From Candidatus Bathyarchaeia archaeon (GTDB lineage Archaea > Thermoproteota > Bathyarchaeia > Bathyarchaeales > Bathycorpusculaceae): DNA of 64,000 bases. Shown piece by piece: positions 57,921 to 64,000 of the stretch. The stretch lies in NCBI GenBank assembly GCA_049521795.1, contig JBEKOM010000003.1, positions 96,001 through 160,000 on the forward strand. Reading direction: 5' to 3'. Within the stretch, counting starts at the first letter, position 1; each line of letters opens with the position of its first letter. The notes under the pieces are model-generated. The model was given only the letters and a program-made list of their open reading frames with translations, searched no databases and was not told the origin of the DNA. A program made the translations under genes and the position numbers.

Positions 57921-58460
57921 ATGAAGAATGAAAATATGGATCTCAGGTCGAAGATAAGGCGAATACCGGAATTCAAGGGCGTGGTTTTCTGGGACATAAC
58001 TCCGCTTTTGAGAGATAAGCACGCTTTTCGAGAGTGCATCAAACGTTTGGCTGACCATTTTCGGGACAAGAAAGTGGACGTTGTAGTATCGAGCGAGGCC
58101 AGAGGCTTCATATTTGGGGCAGCGGTAGCCTATGAACTTGAAGCCGGTTTTGTTCCCATCAGAAAGAGAGGAAAACTGCCTTCAAAAACCGTGAACCTCA
58201 CGTACCAGAAGGAATATGAGCCCGACACCATCGAGATCCATGAAGATGCCGTCGAACCTGGCCAGAACGTTCTGCTCGTTGATGACCTGCTTGCGACAGG
58301 TGGCACGATCAAGGCAAACGTTGAATTAGTTGAAAAACTGGGCGGAAGAATCGTTGGCATGGGCTTTCTGATTGAACTCAAGTATCTTCACGGGCGAGAG
58401 ACCCTTGGAGACAAGTATGAAGTATTTTCGGTAATAAGCTACGAGACCTCCAAAGAGTAA
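57921..58460 (+). CDS. apt: Adenine phosphoribosyltransferase
   Basis: F.DITPLL, EARGF, RK.GKLP, VDDLLATGGT. Confidence 0.95.
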   Translation: MKNENMDLRSKIRRIPEFKGVVFWDITPLLRDKHAFRECIKRLADHFRDKKVDVVVSSEARGFIFGAAVAYELEAGFVPIRKRGKLPSKTVNLTYQKEYEPDTIEIHEDAVEPGQNVLLVDDLLATGGTIKANVELVEKLGGRIVGMGFLIELKYLHGRETLGDKYEVFSVISYETSKE

Positions 58461-58500
58461 TTCCGCGGCGAAATTGGCTAGGTACATCATGTTGTTTAGA

Positions 58501-58559
58501 CGTAGCGCAGGAGATGTGGGTTTGAGCCTTCAAGCGAACGGCGATGTCTCCTACAAATT
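58501..58559. repeat. Left copy of a ~60-bp structured direct repeat
   Basis: Exact 22-bp core AGCGAACGGCGATGTCTCCTAC at 58533-58554, shared with 60251-60272. Confidence 0.8.
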
Positions 58560-58736
58560 CCAGTTAATTCTAATCGGCGTTCACGGACCCTGGGATAATT
58601 TGGGTCGATGCGCATCGTTCGTTATGGAAGGATGAGGTCTGTTTCCAGAAGCACCTTGATAGAATCATGTTCCATAATCTTTAAATCGTATGAGTGCGGC
58701 GATAATGATCAAACTGAAGGAAAGGAGAGAATAAGA

Positions 58737-60137
58737 GTGAAGATTGCTTCAGCGAGAATTATCTGTGGACTGATGATTGTAACAGCACTTCTCGGCTTCG
58801 CAGGAGTTTTCAGAGCAGACGTGGCGAAGGCGGCGGCAGGGCCACTGTTGTTCGTTGATCCCCAAAGCAGCATCTTTTCCAGTACGCCGGTTGGAACCAC
58901 GTTCTTGGTGAACGTTTCAATCGCGAACATAACGTTGCTAGCAGGCATACAGTTCACGCTTACTTGGAACCATAATCTCCTAAAGTGTAACAGCATGACC
59001 GAGGTGTTCTTCAGCGACACGCTCATAACGGCGCCCGATGACAATCCGAGCAACATTAACGTCATCAAAAGAACCTTCAACAACACTGCAGGAACCGCAA
59101 CCTACGGCGTCACATGGGTTGACAATGGTCTGGCACAAGCAGATGGATACGACCCAGCAAACGTAACAACCACCGGCAGCGCAGTCGGCATACCAGGCTA
59201 CTCATGGCCACAAGGAGAACACGGAGTTGCCACACTCAACTTCACCGTGCTTCAAGCACCAAACTCCACGGTGCCAGTCCTCAACAGCGCCTTAAGCATA
59301 AGCAACGACGTACTAGGTGACTACAACGGCCTCCCGATCACGCACACGAACGTGAACGGGCTGTACCAGAATACCTTCCCTGTGCCACCACTAGCACTAC
59401 CGTACTTCTCAATGACCACTCAGGGACCAGGCGCATCAGGGACAAACTACACTGCAGCAAGCGTAGGCGAGACCTTCAACGTAACAGTGAGCATCAACAA
59501 CGTGTCTGATACACTCAAGGCAGTCGGGTATGAGTTCAAACTAGGCTACAATGGCACTCTGCTGCAAGTGTTGAGCGTTACTTACGAAGGCCCATGGCTG
59601 CCACCGTTCGGAGTTTCACCAAACCAGGGCACGCTGTTCACGCAGGCCTTCGGCTTCAACGCCACAATCAACGAGAACTACACACAGATTGGAGATGCCG
59701 TTCTACCAGACGCTAACGGCACGTGGCACGCGCCGTTCCCAAGCGGCTCAGGAGTACTAGCGATAATCAACTTCAACTGCACCCTGCAAGATAAATCCCC
59801 AGCACCAGACCTAACATGTCCTCTCACATTATTCGACACGATCGTAACCAACACGAGCGCAGGCGTCATACAACAGAGCCAAGCTCCAGTTTCGGGCACG
59901 TACATCATGAAAAGCTTCCTCAAGTCAATTCCTGGAGATTTGAACCATGATGGTATAGTGGATATCAAAGACGCGATAGCATTTGCTAATGCCTTCGGTT
60001 CACACCGCGCCAATTATGATTATCAAGGAGAACCTGCTTCGCCAAACTGGAACCCAGAGGCCGATTTGAAGGGCGACGGAACGATCAACATCCTCGACCT
60101 AATACTGCTTGCTGCCAACTTCGGACGCACGGCATAA
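58737..60137 (+). CDS. Secreted protein with two cohesin-like domains and a C-terminal dockerin
   Basis: Signal peptide; two G.TF.V.VSI.N..L.G..F.L units; GDLNHDGIVDIKD..WNPEADL.GDG.INILD. GTG start behind AAGGAG. Confidence 0.85.
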   Translation: MKIASARIICGLMIVTALLGFAGVFRADVAKAAAGPLLFVDPQSSIFSSTPVGTTFLVNVSIANITLLAGIQFTLTWNHNLLKCNSMTEVFFSDTLITAPDDNPSNINVIKRTFNNTAGTATYGVTWVDNGLAQADGYDPANVTTTGSAVGIPGYSWPQGEHGVATLNFTVLQAPNSTVPVLNSALSISNDVLGDYNGLPITHTNVNGLYQNTFPVPPLALPYFSMTTQGPGASGTNYTAASVGETFNVTVSINNVSDTLKAVGYEFKLGYNGTLLQVLSVTYEGPWLPPFGVSPNQGTLFTQAFGFNATINENYTQIGDAVLPDANGTWHAPFPSGSGVLAIINFNCTLQDKSPAPDLTCPLTLFDTIVTNTSAGVIQQSQAPVSGTYIMKSFLKSIPGDLNHDGIVDIKDAIAFANAFGSHRANYDYQGEPASPNWNPEADLKGDGTINILDLILLAANFGRTA

Positions 60138-60218
60138 CTCTCTTCCCATTTTTTTAATCCGATTTCTATCAGGTCTCAGTTCACTGATATTCTCGATTCG
60201 TGCCGGATTACTAACGCC

Positions 60219-60277
60219 TCGTAGGTGCGGGGACGGGATTCGTAGCCTGTAGCGAACGGCGATGTCTCCTACGAATT
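60219..60277. repeat. Right copy of the ~60-bp structured direct repeat
   Basis: Core at 60251-60272; terminal inverted arms TCGTAGG/CCTACGA. Confidence 0.8.
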
Positions 60278-60314
60278 TTCTCCTCGGTTCTACTCTTGAA
60301 TATGCGAGCGAGCT

Positions 60315-61370
60315 CTATTCCGTTAGTCCTCGGTTGTGCAGGCGTTCGTGTTCCCATGTTGCGAAGTCTTGCGGCGGGTTGATGATTTGATCTTCAGGTT
60401 TGCGTGTGAGTCGCGCTGCGTTGTTTGGGCAGCCGGTTGCGCATAGTCCGCAGCCGATGCATCTTTTCTTATCCACAACGGAAACGCCGCCATGTTCGGC
60501 TATTGCGTGCACTTGGCACCTGGTTCTGCACGTTCCGCAGTTTAGGCATTCGTTTGGGTCTATGGCGGCGTAGTAGTTTGCGCGGGCAACGGAGTTTTCT
60601 ATTCCCCACTCGTTGATGCCTCTGAGTATGCCGCAGCAGCATCCGCAGCAGTTGCACACGTAGCCCACACCTTTCATGACGTTGCTGACGGTGTGAACCA
60701 AGCCTATTTCCTCAGCCTTGTCCAGGAAAGCCAAAGCCTCCTCTTTGGAGACGGTGTATCTGTGTGGAGTGCGCTCGTAGGACGAGAAGAACAGGCAAGT
60801 CGTTAGTGGAAACGTGCATTCGTGGCCGAGGTGCTTCTGCTGTACTCTGCAGACGCAGTCTCGCAGGCCGAACGATTTGGAGTTTGACAGTATTGATTTG
60901 ACATCGTCGTATGGAAGAATCAGTTCAGATCTTACGGCTTTGTTGGCGGGGACGACGCGGTGAAGGGCCGGCTGAGGCTTCATTATGCCGACCGCACCTC
61001 CATTCGCAAAGTATTCCTCGACGAGGTGAGCCAGTTCGTGGTCCATTGTTTCCAGCTGTGACTCGTAGATTCCGACGAAGAAGGGGGCAAGTCTGAAGGT
61101 TGGTCTTCCCTCTTCGTCATCATACCACAAGAGCCCCCGCCTGGCCATTTTGGCCAGCTTTTCTTCAGCCTCTTTAACAGAGAGCCCAACCCTCTTGGCG
61201 ATCGATTCGACTGGTTCTTGGGAACCGCTCAGCTGACCTGCGACCGTTGCCTCTTCACGTGAGAATATCTTCTTCAGGATTCGAATCTCAACGTTTGAGG
61301 GTGTTCTGGGAAAACCGTTCGGAAGGCGGTTCAAGGCTTGTGCAAGTTGATCATAAACCTGATCGACCAA
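60315..61370 (-). CDS. Multi-Fe-S protein (N-terminal HTH-like region, CNCC.CCC motif, 2x[4Fe-4S] ferredoxin)
   Basis: C.CR, CNCCGCCCG, CLNCGTC...C, CIGCGLC...CP. Confidence 0.88.
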   Translation of the reverse strand: MVDQVYDQLAQALNRLPNGFPRTPSNVEIRILKKIFSREEATVAGQLSGSQEPVESIAKRVGLSVKEAEEKLAKMARRGLLWYDDEEGRPTFRLAPFFVGIYESQLETMDHELAHLVEEYFANGGAVGIMKPQPALHRVVPANKAVRSELILPYDDVKSILSNSKSFGLRDCVCRVQQKHLGHECTFPLTTCLFFSSYERTPHRYTVSKEEALAFLDKAEEIGLVHTVSNVMKGVGYVCNCCGCCCGILRGINEWGIENSVARANYYAAIDPNECLNCGTCRTRCQVHAIAEHGGVSVVDKKRCIGCGLCATGCPNNAARLTRKPEDQIINPPQDFATWEHERLHNRGLTE

Positions 61371-61533
61371 ACCTGTGTCCCTCCTTAGATGAGAATCTTT
61401 CTCACATGCTTATTTAACGATAGTGCGCTGTTTGGTAAGAAACAACAGTATGTAATCTGCCAGAACCGCGGTTTCTCTTTTTCTACCTTTCTCTGGAAAT
61501 CAGTTTGATGGTGAAGAACACAATTGGGAGCGC

Positions 61534-61851
61534 TTAGAGCGGTTTTCCACATTTGACACATTTAGGACCGAGCGGTGGCTGGATCGTGTGGCATTTCTTA
61601 CATTCTACCACGAGTTGATTTCCGCAGTTTTGACAGTAGTCACCGAAGAAAGTGGGCTTCCCACAATTCGGACAGTTGATCAGCAGTGAGAGTCCGCATG
61701 AACTGCATCTCGCCCAACCAGCCTGAATCGGGGCACGGCACTTCGGACACCTAGTCTCCAAAGGGTTCACTTTGCCACAGACTGGACAAACCTTTGCGTT
61801 GGGAGGAACTAGCTGACCGCAGTATTTGCATGGTTTCCTGTAGCTTGACAT
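61534..61851 (-). CDS. Multi zinc-ribbon (DZR-type) protein
   Basis: Eight CxxC motifs in 105 aa. Confidence 0.85.
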   Translation of the reverse strand: MSSYRKPCKYCGQLVPPNAKVCPVCGKVNPLETRCPKCRAPIQAGWARCSSCGLSLLINCPNCGKPTFFGDYCQNCGNQLVVECKKCHTIQPPLGPKCVKCGKPL

Positions 61852-61977
61852 GAGCCTTCACTTAACAAGTTGCTAGACGTTTTGGTATTATACTTTTGTT
61901 GGGTCTGTGCCGCTGAACATAAGCTTCTTATAATCGCACATTCGATCCTAGTTTGTCACACGTCAGGAGTTGTTGTG

Positions 61978-62637
61978 ATGCCTTTCATTCCGTTTACGAG
62001 AAACTACGCGGACAACAGCACTGAAGCGGGGTTCGAATTCACGTTCTACTGCGACGTCTGCAACGACGGCTACAAGACCAGCTTCATGGAATCAAAAACC
62101 TACAAGAAAGCAGGGCTTCTAAGGGGATTGGGCAGAGCTGCTTCCATAGGAAGCTCAGTGCTGGGTCGTGGAGGCGGATACCAGGTCGAAAGCGGAACAG
62201 ACGTGATCTCCGAACGGTTCAGCGGCATGTCTCCTGCTTGGCACAAGGAACACGAAGAAGCCTTCAAACTCGCTCAGAACGAGGCCATGGGACACTTTCA
62301 CAAGTGTCCAAAGTGTGGAAAATGGGTTGACGACACGTGCTGGAACGACGAAGACGGTCTCTGCACTCAGGATGCTCCGAGAGCTGCAACGGAGATCGCA
62401 GCCGCAAGAGCCACTCAGAGGAAGGAACAGATATGGAAGAAGGCAGAAGAGACGCAGGTCTTCACCGGCGAAATCAAAGCCACACAGACCATTTGTCCAC
62501 AGTGCGGGAAACCGGCTGGAGCAGGCAAGTTCTGCACAAACTGCGGAGCCCCACTGGGCATGCTGAAGTGTTCAAAATGCGGAGCGCAGAACGTTCCAGG
62601 CACCAGATTCTGCGGAGAATGTGGAAACAAACTCTAG
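61978..62637 (+). CDS. Zinc-ribbon domain protein
   Basis: DNST..GF.F.FYCDVC, CPKCG.WV...CWN....LC, C-terminal double zinc ribbon. Confidence 0.82.
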   Translation: MPFIPFTRNYADNSTEAGFEFTFYCDVCNDGYKTSFMESKTYKKAGLLRGLGRAASIGSSVLGRGGGYQVESGTDVISERFSGMSPAWHKEHEEAFKLAQNEAMGHFHKCPKCGKWVDDTCWNDEDGLCTQDAPRAATEIAAARATQRKEQIWKKAEETQVFTGEIKATQTICPQCGKPAGAGKFCTNCGAPLGMLKCSKCGAQNVPGTRFCGECGNKL

Positions 62638-62697
62638 ACCAGTGCAACAACACCTAAGAACTTCGTGGTGCGGAGCGAAGGCCAGAAAGAGATACAC

Positions 62698-64000
62698 TTG
62701 GCAAGCGAAGAAGAAAACAAGAGCGCAATCGAATGCCCGATGAGCTACACACTTCTCAATGAGAACGGTGAACAAACAGCCAGTGGCGACTGCAAAGGAA
62801 CGATAGACAAGGAGTATCTCACGTTATTCCCCAAATTCGGCGACATTCTGCCCGTCCATTTGAGAGACATAGACCAGGTTGAAACAGAAGACTATCGAAT
62901 CGTTCTCTCGCTCTCTTCAAAAGAAAAGCTCGCACTGTCAAGTCTAGGCTACTGTTTTGAAGATTTCCTCAGAGTCCTGACAGACCTTAGAAACGAAGTG
63001 ATAATCAAAGACCTGCTCATGAACGAACCTGTCCGAAAACCAGACGTCAACATGGAACTCACCTACCGCGACGACAGAGGAAATGAGAGACAAAACATCC
63101 CTGGAAAGGTTAGGCTGTACGAGACAGGCATGGTCATCATCCCGTACAAAGCCGAGATTCTGCGTGTGCCGTACAGCGACATCCTCAACGTTTCAGAGGA
63201 GAATCTAAGCGTCAAGGTCAGCACTGAACTCGGAGAACAATTCCTCTTTCAGAAGATGGGTTCAGAATTCGACCCATTCCTCAAAGAATTCTTAAGGGCC
63301 TACAATGAACTTCAATCCAAAGCGGTCAATTCACTCAAAACCCTCTTTCCAACCATAGATTCTCTGTCACTTAGAAAAATCGCCACGATCATGAAGGAAG
63401 GAAAAGCCGCCAAGAGGACTGACATAGAAGCTATCAATCCAAAACTGTGGCAGGAGCTGGAAAAGAGAATAGCCCTAGCGGGTTTGAATGAGTCCTACAC
63501 CTATCTGAAAGAATTGGCTCGACAACAGAAAATGGCCATAGGATTCAAACGCGGGCTGATGGGCGACCTGACCGGTGAGTACATCTGGTTCCTCGTGCCC
63601 ATTTACGATGCGGACGAAAAAGACTTTGGAAACGCGGTTGCAATGGAAGCAACAGAGCCAACTGGCGAAACGAGTTCTGGAAAAGCCACATACTTTTTCA
63701 GGATAATGAACAGGGAAGTCTATCCAAACTCAAGCCTCGAAGAGCGTGACAGGGAGACAGACAAACTCGTCAAAACGATAAACCGGTGCATGCTCGCGAT
63801 AAACTTTCGCAGAGAACCCATATACCTCGCAGACGAGAAGCTGGATGAAGCTGACTACTCCAAGTACAGAACAGCCGTGAAAAAAATCCCGCTGCTACAA
63901 GTGCTCAGAAGCCTGTACATCGGAAGAGTGATACACGCTTCGCCAGATCAGTGGAAAAGTGACGTGATAGACCTGCTCAGATTCAACTTGAAGACGCAGG
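62698..64000 (+). CDS. Hypothetical protein, possibly tandem PH-like domains (truncated at window edge)
   Basis: Open frame MASEEENKSAIECPMSYTLLNENGEQ... with an internal repeat pattern (LPVHLRDIDQV / LRVPYSDILNV); no stop seen before the edge. Confidence 0.7.
   Translation, partial: MASEEENKSAIECPMSYTLLNENGEQTASGDCKGTIDKEYLTLFPKFGDILPVHLRDIDQVETEDYRIVLSLSSKEKLALSSLGYCFEDFLRVLTDLRNEVIIKDLLMNEPVRKPDVNMELTYRDDRGNERQNIPGKVRLYETGMVIIPYKAEILRVPYSDILNVSEENLSVKVSTELGEQFLFQKMGSEFDPFLKEFLRAYNELQSKAVNSLKTLFPTIDSLSLRKIATIMKEGKAAKRTDIEAINPKLWQELEKRIALAGLNESYTYLKELARQQKMAIGFKRGLMGDLTGEYIWFLVPIYDADEKDFGNAVAMEATEPTGETSSGKATYFFRIMNREVYPNSSLEERDRETDKLVKTINRCMLAINFRREPIYLADEKLDEADYSKYRTAVKKIPLLQVLRSLYIGRVIHASPDQWKSDVIDLLRFNLKTQ

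Noticed and set aside
60219-60277. Functional tRNA gene
   Set aside because: Only a 3'-end-like segment is present; no D arm, anticodon arm or matching 5' acceptor strand could be built. Kept only as a repeat.

Overview
Archaeal chromosomal window. Gene content and order suggest a TACK archaeon, most likely Bathyarchaeia; this is an inference. 1-15 kb: truncated hypE, then a split S10/spc ribosomal superoperon (rpl22 to cmk) with two intruders. One is a very basic Hsp20 between rpl30 and rpl15. The other is an AT-rich signal-peptide + DNRLRE-like segment fused in frame to the EMC3/TMCO1 (DUF106, Oxa1-superfamily) gene. 15-23 kb: radical SAM protein, two GT2 enzymes, AIR-synthase-like protein, ECF-S component, DNA ligase, ThiF, tRNA-Cys. 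23-33 kb: heavy-metal/arsenic cassette, frameshifted P3A H+-ATPase, G1 glutamic peptidase, membrane-tethered wHTH regulator with a visible operator. 33-51 kb: redox/oxidative-stress block (MvhAG-like hydrogenase, rubrerythrin, Trx, TusA-IscS-IscU-TRASH, Zn-ferredoxin, SOD, NrdH/FDR, Nth, LDH). 51-64 kb: ABC-2 exporter, two cohesin+dockerin surface proteins (one flanked by a ~60-bp structured direct repeat), MTAP/APRT, an Fe-S protein and zinc-ribbon proteins. No CRISPR array, rRNA, integrase or transposase was seen. Several small genes and pseudogenes missing from the ORF track were read by hand. Family assignments rest on motif recognition, not database searches.
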